Part shown: one piece after another, positions 1-9,118 of the stretch
Position numbering within the stretch: position 1 is the stretch's first letter
How the letters are laid out: each line of letters begins with the position of its first letter
DNA from: Candidatus Sumerlaeaceae bacterium
GTDB lineage: Bacteria; Sumerlaeota; Sumerlaeia; Sumerlaeales; Sumerlaeaceae
Reading direction: 5' to 3'
Length of the DNA: 64,000 nt
Assembly: GCA_051003195.1 (NCBI GenBank)
Contig: JBPCLP010000033.1
Span: 34,821 to 98,820, forward strand
Notes under the pieces: generated by a model
The model's database searches: none
Told to the model about the DNA's origin: nothing
The model's input: only the letters and a program-made list of their open reading frames with translations
Translations under genes and position numbers: made by a program

Positions 1-49
1 TCACCGCTTTGGGGCGTTCACGCCGAAACTTTAAAGAGGAGCAATATAG

Positions 50-412
50 ATGGAATCGATCTTCGACCGCATCACGGTACCTAGTGTCGGTTATGGAAAT
101 TCCAGCACGGCAACTGGTAATGAAGCGAGACCAACAGTGGTAGGATCAACGGGTCTTGTGGCCTCGGTTGAGGCGGCGGAATTCGAGCGCCTGGTCAAAG
201 ACGCAGTAGACCCAGTGGTGCTTGCCATGGCCGGGAGCAGCTCGGTCGCTGCCAACGGAAAACCCGCTCCGCCGCGGGCGTCGCGTAGATACGCGATGAG
301 CTGTTCTGGAGTCGTTTTCGTCACGCAGGCGGTACGCGCGCTTCAGTTCAGCAGCGATGCACGCGTCGTGGAATGCCAGGCCATCGTGTACGAGAACAAG
401 CCACTTGGTTAG
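50..412 (+). CDS. hypothetical protein (120 aa)
   Basis: ATG at 50 preceded by a strong SD (AAAGAGGAG); co-oriented with the downstream pspA-like gene; no recognisable motif. Confidence 0.55.
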   Translation: MESIFDRITVPSVGYGNSSTATGNEARPTVVGSTGLVASVEAAEFERLVKDAVDPVVLAMAGSSSVAANGKPAPPRASRRYAMSCSGVVFVTQAVRALQFSSDARVVECQAIVYENKPLG

Positions 413-451
413 GATGCAGCAATTCATGGCGCTCGAAAGCGGTGGCAGGCC

Positions 452-1060
452 ATGAAATTGATCCAGCGTGTTACAACACTGCTTCGTGCGGACATCGACG
501 ATTTGCTGGAGCGCGCCGACGATCCGGAAACGATGATCAATCAGCTTGTGGTCGATATGAACAACCAGCTCATCCAGGTAAAAACTGCAGCGGCACAATG
601 CATGGCAGACGAGTATGGACTGGAAAAGCGCCTGCAACAGGCGCGACAGGACGCTGATGCCGCCCAGCGCCGGCTGCAATTTGAGCGTGATAAGGGCGAC
701 GACGAGCTCGCAGGCGCTGCGCTCCAGCGATGTAACGGGTACCAGCGTACCATAGATGAGATGCAGCGCCAGCTTGAGGAACAGCGAAAGGAATGCGAAG
801 CATTAAAGCTGGCGCTCGGAAAGCTGGACGTCAAAGTTTCCGAAGTGAACCGCCAAAAAGGCGTTCTGCTGGCCCGGCACAAGCGAGCTGCGGCGAAAGA
901 GAAGCTCACCAGGGCCCGCAGCGAGGTCCATCCCGACCGGCTGGAGGAATTGCTGGAGGCGATTGGTGCTTCGACCGCTGCCGTTGCTCCCGGCGTAGTG
1001 ACGAGCGAGAAACGACGCAGCGGCTCTCGGAAGCGGCGGATCGCGAAATCTAAAAAGTAA
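452..1060 (+). CDS. pspA: PspA/IM30 (Vipp1, bacterial ESCRT-III) family protein
   Basis: N-terminus LIQRVTTLLRADIDDLLERADDPETMINQLVVDM matches the PspA/IM30 signature (R..A.I..LL..AEDPE.M..Q...DM); long coiled coil; C-terminus atypical and basic. Confidence 0.85.
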   Translation: MKLIQRVTTLLRADIDDLLERADDPETMINQLVVDMNNQLIQVKTAAAQCMADEYGLEKRLQQARQDADAAQRRLQFERDKGDDELAGAALQRCNGYQRTIDEMQRQLEEQRKECEALKLALGKLDVKVSEVNRQKGVLLARHKRAAAKEKLTRARSEVHPDRLEELLEAIGASTAAVAPGVVTSEKRRSGSRKRRIAKSKK

Positions 1061-1202
1061 CGAACCACTGAACGGCGGAGAGTTCGGGCCGAGAGGCGGC
1101 AGGCAATATTGCAACCTTCCTGCCGTGTGCTCTTTTTCCATTGAAGCTCCTCCAAACCGGCTTGTTCACTGTCGGCGGTAGCAATAGATACTCGGAGCCT
1201 GA

Positions 1203-2594
1203 ATGAAGCTTAGCGTCATCATACCGGTGTACAACGAGCGCAATACGCTGCGCACGATTATTGAACGCGTGCGAGCGGTCGAGGGTATCGAAAAAGAAAT
1301 TGTGCTGGTGGATGATTACTCCACAGACGGCACGCGGGACCTCTACCCGGAGCTGCGCCCGCTGGTGGAACAGGTTATTTTGCACGACGTCAATAAGGGG
1401 AAGGGCGCCGCGATCCGCACGGGCGTACAGTACGCAACGGGCGACTACATTATCATCCAGGACGCGGACCTCGAATATGACCCGCAGGAATACCATTTGC
1501 TGCTGCAGCCCGTTTTGTCCGGTGATGCCGACGTCGTATATGGGTCGCGCTTTCTAGGCGGCCGTCCGCATCGCGTCCTCTACTTCTGGCATTCCATGGG
1601 CAACAAGTTCCTCACGCTGCTCTCCAACATGTTCACGAATCTGAATCTCACGGACATGGAAACCTGCTATAAACTCGTGCGCGCAGACCTGCTTAAATCC
1701 ATCGACATCGAGCAGAATCGGTTTGGGTTCGAGCCCGAGATCACAGCCAAGCTCGCCAAAATGGATATCCATATTTACGAGTGCGGGATTTCCTACGCGG
1801 GGCGCAGCTATGCGGAAGGCAAAAAAATCGGCTGGAAAGACGGTCTCCAGGCGCTGTGGTGCATTATCAAGTATTCGCAAGGACGTTATCGCGACTACGG
1901 TAAGGAAACACTCGAAACTCTCGCTCCTTTCGATGACTATTCCAAATGGATGTATGAAACCATCCGCCCGCACCTGGGCCGGCGCGTTATGGAAATCGGG
2001 TGCGGCATTGGCAACAACGTGGATCACCTTGTCTCCACGCCCGGCGCCGAAGTTATTCTTACCGACTATCGCGAAGACTACCTGCAAGGTCTGCGCGATG
2101 CTTACCAGGGTGTCCAAAATATCAGCTTCTACCTGTACGACGCGACGAAACCTGCGCCGGATGAACTGGCGGCGCATCCGCCCGATACGATTGTCATGCT
2201 GAACGTTCTGGAGCACATCCAGCAGGATACGCTGGCGCTATCGAACTTGTATGAGCTGCTGGCTCCGGGCGGAAAGGTCGTCATTCTTGTGCCGGCGCAC
2301 CAGGCGTTGTACTGTAAGATCGACGAGCGTCTGGATCATTTTCGCCGCTATTCCCGCGATGAACTGCAAAGCAAACTTCGTGGCGCCGGCTTCGATATTG
2401 TCGAGACCTACTTCTTTAATGCGGTGGGCGCGGCTGGCTGGTTCACGGCGGGTAAAGTATTTCGCCAGGGAACCATCAAATCGCACCACGTCGGCATGCA
2501 GAAGGTCCTGCTGCCGGTAAGCAAAGCGGTGGATAAACTGAAGCTGCCGGTCGGTCTATCCGTCGTATGCGTCGGGAAAAGGCCCCAGCCGTAG
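1203..2594 (+). CDS. bifunctional GT2 (DPM-synthase-like) glycosyltransferase / class I SAM-dependent methyltransferase
   Basis: [28 protein letters not shown] and [10 protein letters not shown]2 motifs; C-terminal [11 protein letters not shown] motif and NVLEHI...HFRRY methyltransferase motifs. Confidence 0.9.
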   Translation: MKLSVIIPVYNERNTLRTIIERVRAVEGIEKEIVLVDDYSTDGTRDLYPELRPLVEQVILHDVNKGKGAAIRTGVQYATGDYIIIQDADLEYDPQEYHLLLQPVLSGDADVVYGSRFLGGRPHRVLYFWHSMGNKFLTLLSNMFTNLNLTDMETCYKLVRADLLKSIDIEQNRFGFEPEITAKLAKMDIHIYECGISYAGRSYAEGKKIGWKDGLQALWCIIKYSQGRYRDYGKETLETLAPFDDYSKWMYETIRPHLGRRVMEIGCGIGNNVDHLVSTPGAEVILTDYREDYLQGLRDAYQGVQNISFYLYDATKPAPDELAAHPPDTIVMLNVLEHIQQDTLALSNLYELLAPGGKVVILVPAHQALYCKIDERLDHFRRYSRDELQSKLRGAGFDIVETYFFNAVGAAGWFTAGKVFRQGTIKSHHVGMQKVLLPVSKAVDKLKLPVGLSVVCVGKRPQP

Positions 2595-2664
2595 TCTCCA
2601 ACCTCAATTTGCCACTACCACGTTTTTGCTTCACAGCGCCTTCGGACCCCGCAGTGTTGAAGAC

Positions 2665-3483
2665 ATGAGTCGAATTTCTGAGACGTTTGCAACCTTACGC
2701 GGCGATGGGTCCCGCGCCCTGATTCCCTACCTTACCGCCGGTTACCCGAATCGCCAAATGACTCTACCGCTGCTGCGCGCGCTTGTGGCCGGCGGTGCTG
2801 ACATCATCGAAGTCGGGGTGCCGTTCAGTGATCCGATTGCAGATGGACCCACCATCCAGCGCGCGTCTGCGGAGGCGCTGACGGGCGGGATTACCCTTAA
2901 GCATATTCTGCAAATGGTGAAGGACTTTCGTCAGGAGTCGCAGGTGCCAATCGTGCTCTTCGGCGCTTACAACCCGTTCCTGCACTTCGGCCTGGAAAAG
3001 TTCGCGGAAGCCGCGCTGAACGCCGGAGTGGATGCGGTGCTGATTCCGGACCTCCCGGCGGAAGAGGCCGATGAAGTAGAGCCGCTTTTGCGTCAGCTCG
3101 GACTGGACCTTATCTACCTGGTTGCTCCCACGACACCAGCAAATCGAAAGGCGGAGATCTGTGGACGCGCCAGCGGGTTTATTTATTATATCAGTCTTAA
3201 GGGCGTCACTGGTGCGCGCGCCACACTGCAATATGAACTTGCCAGGCCGCTGGAGGAAATCCGTGCATGTACGAAACTGCCGGTTGCAGTTGGGTTCGGT
3301 ATTTCCACGCCCGAGCAGGCGGCCCTGGTGGCACGCGAAGCCGATGGTGTCGTTGTAGGCAGTGCGCTCATCGACGTAGTCACCCAGAACCGTGACTCAG
3401 TTCAGCTTGCGGATAAGGTGCAGAACTTCATCCGCTCTCTCAAGGACGCAATCCAAAACCTCGAAACTCCAGCGGTCCGGTAA
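2665..3483 (+). CDS. trpA: tryptophan synthase alpha subunit
   Basis: ALIPYLTAGYP, IEVGVPFSDPIADGPTIQ, YYISLKGVTG, VGFGIS and ADGVVVGSA motifs; start moved to the ATG at 2665. Confidence 0.97.
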   Translation: MSRISETFATLRGDGSRALIPYLTAGYPNRQMTLPLLRALVAGGADIIEVGVPFSDPIADGPTIQRASAEALTGGITLKHILQMVKDFRQESQVPIVLFGAYNPFLHFGLEKFAEAALNAGVDAVLIPDLPAEEADEVEPLLRQLGLDLIYLVAPTTPANRKAEICGRASGFIYYISLKGVTGARATLQYELARPLEEIRACTKLPVAVGFGISTPEQAALVAREADGVVVGSALIDVVTQNRDSVQLADKVQNFIRSLKDAIQNLETPAVR

Positions 3484-3489
3484 CCAACC

Positions 3490-4026
3490 GTGAACGTCCT
3501 CACAAATCTCGGAACGCTGCCGCTTCTGATTCTGCAGATTGTTGTGTTGCTGATGGTCCTTGCTGCGTGGGTAAAAGCTCGTTCACTGAACAGAAGTGGC
3601 ATGGCAGCTACCAGGCAACTCGTTATCGTTTTATCGGTCGGCCTTGTGTTCGCTGCTCTTGCGTCGCTTCTGTCGGGCGCCGCGCTGTTCCAGGAACAGA
3701 CCGGCCGAAATCTGGGTGTTTCGGGTGGGATTGCCTCGGATGCGCGTGCGTGGCTACGCCAGCACGGAACCCGACCCAAAGACAGAACCGATGTCGGGCA
3801 GAACATACGCACGCTGGCCGATGCAGTCACATTCCTCAAAGCTCATCAAGGCCAGCTCTCATCGGCAGGAACCGCAAAGCTGGAGGAGCTGTCTCGGGTG
3901 CCCGAAAAACCAAAGCGCCTGCTTACCGTCGGCGAGGAAACACAATATTTCCAGGCCGCTGATGATGGTTACAACTTCATCAGCGGGTTGGCGGGCACCC
4001 AGACTGATCCTGCGACCGCCAGGTGA
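3490..4026 (+). CDS. hypothetical membrane protein (two N-terminal TM helices)
   Basis: Two hydrophobic segments followed by a soluble domain; 6 bp after the trpA stop and abutting the convergent rlpA. Confidence 0.7.
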   Translation: MNVLTNLGTLPLLILQIVVLLMVLAAWVKARSLNRSGMAATRQLVIVLSVGLVFAALASLLSGAALFQEQTGRNLGVSGGIASDARAWLRQHGTRPKDRTDVGQNIRTLADAVTFLKAHQGQLSSAGTAKLEELSRVPEKPKRLLTVGEETQYFQAADDGYNFISGLAGTQTDPATAR

Positions 4027-4027
4027 G

Positions 4028-4795
4028 TTACTGCCCGAGCACCTGCATCTGAACTCGTGAGACACCGCGTGATACCATCCCGAGTTGGGAGGCGGCGGCT
4101 TTTGAGAGGTCCAGAATACGGCCCTTGAGGTAGGGTCCCCGATTATTGATTCGGACCACGCATTCACGGCCGTTGCACTCGTTGGTAACTTTAACCAGCG
4201 TACCAAACGGCAGCGATCGGTGGGCGGCCGTCATTGAGTTCATGTCGTAACGCTCGCCATTGGCAGTTTTGCCTCCGTGGAAGTCGCGTCCGTACCAGGA
4301 CGCCACTCCGCGCAGCACGGCCGCGGGGGAGTAGCTTCTACCGGTGTCAGCAGCGGGGGAATCACGCCTGAAGATCTTGGACAACACGCCGCGGCGCTTG
4401 GGGGTCTGTGATTGGGTCTGGTAGCTTGAGTTCCATTGGCTGTAGGGATCCTGGGCCGCCTGATCGTTGGTGTCGTAGGAATAGGTGTTAGCGGTGGGCG
4501 CCCACGTTGAGGAATATTGGCTGGGTGCGGAGCTTGTCCCGTTTGATTCGAAATAGGTATTAGGCTGCACGCGGCTGGAGCTCTTAGCAGTCCGGCGAGT
4601 GCCCTTCCCCTGCGCTGCCATGTTGTAAGAAGCAGTGAAGTTGGTCGATTGATCGGAGTTCAATGAACCGGAACCGTCGTTCCACATCGTGCCATCCGTG
4701 TAATATGTGGGTGCGGCGAATGCCATGGACGCAGCCCCGAAAAAGCAAAGCGCCGCAATGCTACAGCGCGTTGCTACCTTCCTGTTCTTGGCCAT
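4028..4795 (-). CDS. rlpA: RlpA-family lytic transglycosylase (DPBB domain), secreted
   Basis: GVASWYG..FHGGKTANGERYDMNSMTAAHRSLPFGT...VRINNRGPY..GRILDLSKAAA; signal peptide; SD GGAGGAG before the ATG at 4795. Confidence 0.92.
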   Translation of the reverse strand: MAKNRKVATRCSIAALCFFGAASMAFAAPTYYTDGTMWNDGSGSLNSDQSTNFTASYNMAAQGKGTRRTAKSSSRVQPNTYFESNGTSSAPSQYSSTWAPTANTYSYDTNDQAAQDPYSQWNSSYQTQSQTPKRRGVLSKIFRRDSPAADTGRSYSPAAVLRGVASWYGRDFHGGKTANGERYDMNSMTAAHRSLPFGTLVKVTNECNGRECVVRINNRGPYLKGRILDLSKAAASQLGMVSRGVSRVQMQVLGQ

Positions 4796-4913
4796 GATAA
4801 GTCTCCTCCGACAGTTTACAAAGATCTTAACCTGCTGAGACACCGCCCTGCAGGTAAAGTAAAAAATACCCGCGCCGAGCGGAGCGAGATTTGTGCCCTC
4901 GAAGGCAGAAAGT

Positions 4914-4980
4914 CGTTCGGAGTACAGCCCCGTTCGGAGTACAGGCTTTAGCCTGGGCTAACGCAAGCTCACCGAGGATC
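4914..4980 (+). repeat. REP-like palindromic repeat, family 2 (CGTTCGGAGTACA x2 + CAGGC-TTTA-GCCTG hairpin)
   Basis: Near-identical to 37041-37109; intergenic. Confidence 0.8.
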
Positions 4981-5181
4981 GCCCCGTTCGCGATTATGTT
5001 CCCAGGTAAATCGCACTACCATCGTTGTAACCACAACATGCCTGCCATCAGTGATTTGCAGTTGCCACGGCAAACCCGCCGTAGGAGGTGAACATTACAG
5101 GGAAAATCTATTGACCTGCCGGACAGCTTCCCGAAACCTGAAATTCGTCGGCATTTGAGGAAAAGAGGAAGAGGCTCACCA

Positions 5182-5784
5182 ATGACTGCATTGCGAATGC
5201 TGCTGATCAGCACAATGAGCATATGCCTGGCGGGATGCGCTGCCTGGAATGACCGCACCGGCTCGCGCGCAACCATGAACGCAGCCCCTGTAAATTCAGG
5301 GTTTCAGATGATTAATGCTGCACCGCCTCCCGTTCCCATGCCGCTTCAGCCTATGAATGCTTCTCTGCCCGAAGTACCCGCGCCTCATGCACCCACAATA
5401 TCATTGGCGCCTGCTAAACTTTACAATCTTGAGCCTTCTCCTGAACGTAAAACCGCCGTAAGGTCGACTGCTAAAAGCAAGCCGGTCAGCGAAGAAGTGT
5501 TAACGGAGGTACCCGAAATCCCAGCAGCAGAGTCGTCTCCTGAGACAGCTCAGCCGCCGCAGACGGATAACTCCGAGGCTGATACTGCAATACTTGCACG
5601 GCCAGTGCGTAAAGGCTCCAGGAGTTCCGCTGCCAAAAGCAAAAGCTCCGAATCCGGCAAAAATACCTCGCCGCAGTCAAGTCTGCGATCAGGCAAATCG
5701 ATACTCAGTGGAGAGAAACGGGATACCATCTTGCCCGTAAGCAATCCATCATCTGAGCCTGCGGATTTGCATTTCAGATCCTGA
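5182..5784 (+). CDS. hypothetical lipoprotein, Pro/Ser-rich, likely disordered
   Basis: Lipobox-like CLAGC after a hydrophobic stretch; purine-rich SD (AAGAGGAAGAGG) upstream. Confidence 0.6.
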   Translation: MTALRMLLISTMSICLAGCAAWNDRTGSRATMNAAPVNSGFQMINAAPPPVPMPLQPMNASLPEVPAPHAPTISLAPAKLYNLEPSPERKTAVRSTAKSKPVSEEVLTEVPEIPAAESSPETAQPPQTDNSEADTAILARPVRKGSRSSAAKSKSSESGKNTSPQSSLRSGKSILSGEKRDTILPVSNPSSEPADLHFRS

Positions 5785-5918
5785 CCTTCGACGTGCCGAA
5801 AGGTTGTACGGCACAGTCACCCGTCTGAAAAGCCGCCCCATGGTTCGGTTCTCAATGCCTGAGAAATAAGGGCCTGCAGCCTTTTAGCGGGGCATTTCAA
5901 CGGAACCGATTCAAATCT

Positions 5919-5934
5919 TGGCACGCTTTAAGCA
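5919..5934 (+). promoter_or_regulatory. sigma54 (RpoN) -24/-12 promoter
   Basis: TGGCACG-CTTT-AAGCA: perfect -24 element and exact GG-N10-GC spacing, about 125 bp upstream of the DUF1328 gene. Confidence 0.7.
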
Positions 5935-6058
5935 ATAACACTCCGCGTGGTTCACAAAGCAACGGGCTCCACAAGACAATGTTAGGGTCAGGTCTACGGC
6001 AAGCGGGGGTAACCGGCTGACTGCAGAGCTGATTCAGACTCCATACGGAGGTAGGATC

Positions 6059-6226
6059 ATGTTAGGATGGGCAATCACGTTCCTCGTTATCGCCATCGTA
6101 GCCGCAATTCTGGGCTTTGGTGGCATCGCTGGGGCATCAGCCACGATCGCAAAGGTTCTGTTCGTGCTGTTCCTCATTCTGTTCCTGGTTTCACTGTTCC
6201 TCGGCCGTCGGCCACGGGCGCTCTAA
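6059..6226 (+). CDS. DUF1328/UPF0391 (YtjA-like) small membrane protein, 55 aa, not in the ORF track
   Basis: Manual translation [55 protein letters not shown] fits the family pattern; SD GGAGGT upstream. Confidence 0.93.
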   Translation: MLGWAITFLVIAIVAAILGFGGIAGASATIAKVLFVLFLILFLVSLFLGRRPRAL

Positions 6227-6315
6227 TCCAGCGTAACAGACCATAACCCAGTCCCGGCGTGGGCATCGCATCTCGCACTTCTTCCCTGGGCCCACTGCCG
6301 GACTGTTGAAAACGA

Positions 6316-6352
6316 AAAGCGGGCGGTTTCCACACGAAACCGCCCGCTCTTG
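6316..6352. terminator. intrinsic terminator hairpin between the convergent DUF1328 gene and icd
   Basis: AGCGGGCGGTTTC-CACAC-GAAACCGCCCGCT stem with an A-run on the left side. Confidence 0.75.
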
Positions 6353-6374
6353 CTTGTGTACTTCGATACGCTTG

Positions 6375-6466
6375 TGTGGTCTACCGTTAGTTCGTAACCT
6401 GTTCTGTGTGCCGAATCGAGCTCAAGTCGGCCCTTTGATCTGATAAGTAACTACTGATTCGGCACA
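6375..6466 (-). mobile_element. ~90-bp miniature element (MITE-like), family 1, copy A
   Basis: TGTG...CACA termini, internal TGTGCCGAATC/GATTCGGCACA inverted repeat and conserved tail; 8 copies in the window. Confidence 0.75.
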
Positions 6467-6477
6467 CCTGGTTGTCT

Positions 6478-7917
6478 CTACGAAGAGTAAGCTGCCTGGC
6501 CGTCAAAATTGTAAAGGTGCTCCGTCTTAATGAAATCGAAACCTGCATCGTGGATTCGCTTCAGCAGGTCGATAACATCCGCATGGGACCCAACTTTGCC
6601 GTTTTCCCCGATAAAGCGCGCGCGCCAATGATCCGTGCAGAACGCGGATGGTTCACCTTCGGGCCACACCTTAAGTCCGCGATTGCCGATCACCGAAAGC
6701 TTAAATGCGTTACCGACTTCCTTGAGTTTGCCCCCGAGATCGTCCGGGCCGCCGCCCGTCCAATGCAGAAACACGTCAACCCCCACCAGGTCGCGTTTCG
6801 CGGGAGCCGTCTTGCCCTTCAGTGACTTGGCCTTTGTCAGGTCGACTGCGGCATTGTATTTTACCGGCTTTAGTTTCTCCGGTTTCTGACCCACACGGGC
6901 AACCACTGCCTGCGCAAATTCCTGCGTGCCGACCTTCTGCGTGCTAACGCCCTCTTTGAAGATATCGTACGTATGTACACCATCTTCGATTGTCTTCAGC
7001 CAGGCATTATGGACTTTTTCGGCAACGTCGATCTGGCCAATGTGTACAAGCATCATGACAGCCCCGAGCAATAGTCCGGAGGGATTGGCAAGGTTCTGTC
7101 CAGCGCGGCGCGGCGCCGAGCCATGGATAGCTTCGAACATCGCGCAGCCTTCCCCGATGTTGGCCGACCCGGCAAGCCCGACAGACCCCGCAATTTCCGC
7201 AGCTACGTCGGAAAGAATATCGCCGTAAAGGTTTGGCAGCAGGATCATGTCGAAATTTTCAGGCGTGTTGGCCATCTTCGCCGCGCCGATGTCGACGATC
7301 CAATGCTCCTTCTCGATATCCGGATATTCTGCGCCAACTTCGTCGAACACCTTGTGGAAAAGCCCGTCAGTCATTTTCATGATATTGTCTTTAGTGAAGC
7401 ACGTAATCTTTTTGCGGCCGTTCGCCTTTGCATACTCGAAGGCGTAGCGGGCAATCTTCTCGGACCCGGGCCGCGTGATCAGCTTCAGGCATTGCACAAC
7501 ATCATCGGTCTGCTGGTGCTCGATTCCAGCGTAGAGATCTTCCTCGTTTTCGCGTATGATAACGACGTCCATGACCGGGTGCTTCGTCCGGATGTAAGGC
7601 GCGTAAGAGACGCACGGACGCACGTTGGCATACAGGCCGAACGCTTTACGTGTGGTTACATTCAGGCTTTTGAAGCCCCCACCCTGCGGCGTGGTGATCG
7701 GCGCCTTTAGGAATACACGGGTCCGACGCAGCGAGTCAAACGCCCCGGGCTCGATTCCCGCGGCAACGCCTCGCTTGTAAACCGCTTCACCAATCTCAAT
7801 GGTCTCAATTTGTAACCGGGCGCCAGCCGCTTCCAATATGGAAAGCGTCGCCTTCATGATTTCCGGGCCGATTCCGTCGCCATGTGCGACCGTAATCGGC
7901 GTGCCGCCGTTGGACAT
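6478..7917 (-). CDS. icd: NADP-dependent isocitrate dehydrogenase (~480-aa type with C-terminal extension)
   Basis: ITVAHGDGIGPEI, LKAPITTPQGGGFKSLNV, RENEEDLYAGIEH, NLYGDILSD and FEAIHGSAP motifs. Confidence 0.96.
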   Translation of the reverse strand: MSNGGTPITVAHGDGIGPEIMKATLSILEAAGARLQIETIEIGEAVYKRGVAAGIEPGAFDSLRRTRVFLKAPITTPQGGGFKSLNVTTRKAFGLYANVRPCVSYAPYIRTKHPVMDVVIIRENEEDLYAGIEHQQTDDVVQCLKLITRPGSEKIARYAFEYAKANGRKKITCFTKDNIMKMTDGLFHKVFDEVGAEYPDIEKEHWIVDIGAAKMANTPENFDMILLPNLYGDILSDVAAEIAGSVGLAGSANIGEGCAMFEAIHGSAPRRAGQNLANPSGLLLGAVMMLVHIGQIDVAEKVHNAWLKTIEDGVHTYDIFKEGVSTQKVGTQEFAQAVVARVGQKPEKLKPVKYNAAVDLTKAKSLKGKTAPAKRDLVGVDVFLHWTGGGPDDLGGKLKEVGNAFKLSVIGNRGLKVWPEGEPSAFCTDHWRARFIGENGKVGSHADVIDLLKRIHDAGFDFIKTEHLYNFDGQAAYSS

Positions 7918-8151
7918 AACTGCGATTCCTCTTTCTAACTCACTTGCGTTGGATTTTGAATGCTCCCGGTAGTGCCCGGGACCGTGTCAATCTGAACCGG
8001 CGTTGTTTTCGTTTGTGCCGCTGGCTGTCAAGGCAGGAAGAACAAGGCCTTGCTGTGCCAATTAAATTGCCGCTGGAGTGTAGTGGCGTGGCTGTGGAAT
8101 TGCTTAAGTCCAGTATTCGACCGAAAGCCGCATCGAAAGGTTTCGCTTAAA

Positions 8152-8757
8152 ATGATCTACGTGTTTGCCGTTTTTCTCATCATCTATGTCCTATGCTGCC
8201 TTGTACTCGTTGGCTTTATCCTTACACAAGAGGGGAAGGGTGGAGGCTTGAGCGGCGTAATGGGAGCGAGCATGGGTGAGACGTTCGGCTTCGGCGGTGC
8301 AACCGCGACAATCCGTAAATTCACGTCCATCGCGGCAACTGTATTCCTCTTGTTTACAATCATCCTGACCTTTCTTGGTGAACGCGTTGTCGGCGAGCAC
8401 TCCAATGCGTTTTTTCGCGCTGGTACGGAAGCTCCAGCCGGCGCCGGGGTTCCCGCTCCCGGTGCGGCACCTGGCGCAGCCCCTCAGCAGCCTCTGGCTG
8501 CTGAAGCAGCTTCGCCAGTCGTAGAAGTTCAGCCCGATACAGCAGCTGCGCCAGCCGCATTGCCCATCGAACAGCCTGCGACGCAGCCAGCCGCAACGCA
8601 ACCGGCCCCCGCACAGGCACCCGCGCAATCTTCCGAAGCAGCCCCGGCGCCCGCGCAATCCGAAGCAGCCCCGGTTATCGCACCGCCCGCCCAATCTTCA
8701 GAAGCAGCCCCGGTTGCCGCACCGCCCGCACCGGCCGAACAACCCGCCAACAAATAA
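8152..8757 (+). CDS. secG: preprotein translocase subunit SecG with a long Pro/Ala/Gln-rich C-terminal tail
   Basis: TM1-ILTQEGKGGGLSG..G....FG-TM2 SecG pattern; start set at the ATG at 8152. Confidence 0.85.
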   Translation: MIYVFAVFLIIYVLCCLVLVGFILTQEGKGGGLSGVMGASMGETFGFGGATATIRKFTSIAATVFLLFTIILTFLGERVVGEHSNAFFRAGTEAPAGAGVPAPGAAPGAAPQQPLAAEAASPVVEVQPDTAAAPAALPIEQPATQPAATQPAPAQAPAQSSEAAPAPAQSEAAPVIAPPAQSSEAAPVAAPPAPAEQPANK

Positions 8758-8814
8758 CAAACTTCGGTCAACCAGGCCCGGCCTCACCGCGTCTATACCA
8801 TTGCGAGGCAAATC

Positions 8815-9045
8815 ATGGGAATCGAAGACATTGAAGTTCGGATCACCAAGTCCGGCGAGATCTATGTGAAACTCGAGGGCGCCTCGGAACAGCGCGTTAA
8901 TAATTATCGTATGTTCCTGGAGCAGCAGGTAGGGTCATTATTGGGGACCGAAATTCTTCAGCGTCCCGATTGGGAACGTCCCGCCGGCTGGGTCTCGCAA
9001 GACGAAGAAAAGCAAAAGCGCGAACAGGAACTCCGGCGCGGTTAA
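8815..9045 (+). CDS. small protein, DUF2997-like
   Basis: IEVRITKSGEIYVKLEG...FLEQQVG resembles the DUF2997 pattern (I.I.I..dG.V.V.VeG...LE..LG); SD GAGG. Confidence 0.55.
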   Translation: MGIEDIEVRITKSGEIYVKLEGASEQRVNNYRMFLEQQVGSLLGTEILQRPDWERPAGWVSQDEEKQKREQELRRG

Positions 9046-9118
9046 TGTAGAGTCACTTCTTGCGTAGGGCGGTGCCGTGGTCCACTTGCGTAGAATGCAA
9101 TGCGGTAACCCATAGAAC

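Noticed and set aside
8758..8814. tRNA downstream of secG, a common arrangement
   Set aside because: The gap is only 57 bp with no T-loop or cloverleaf. I recognised no tRNA anywhere in the window by eye.
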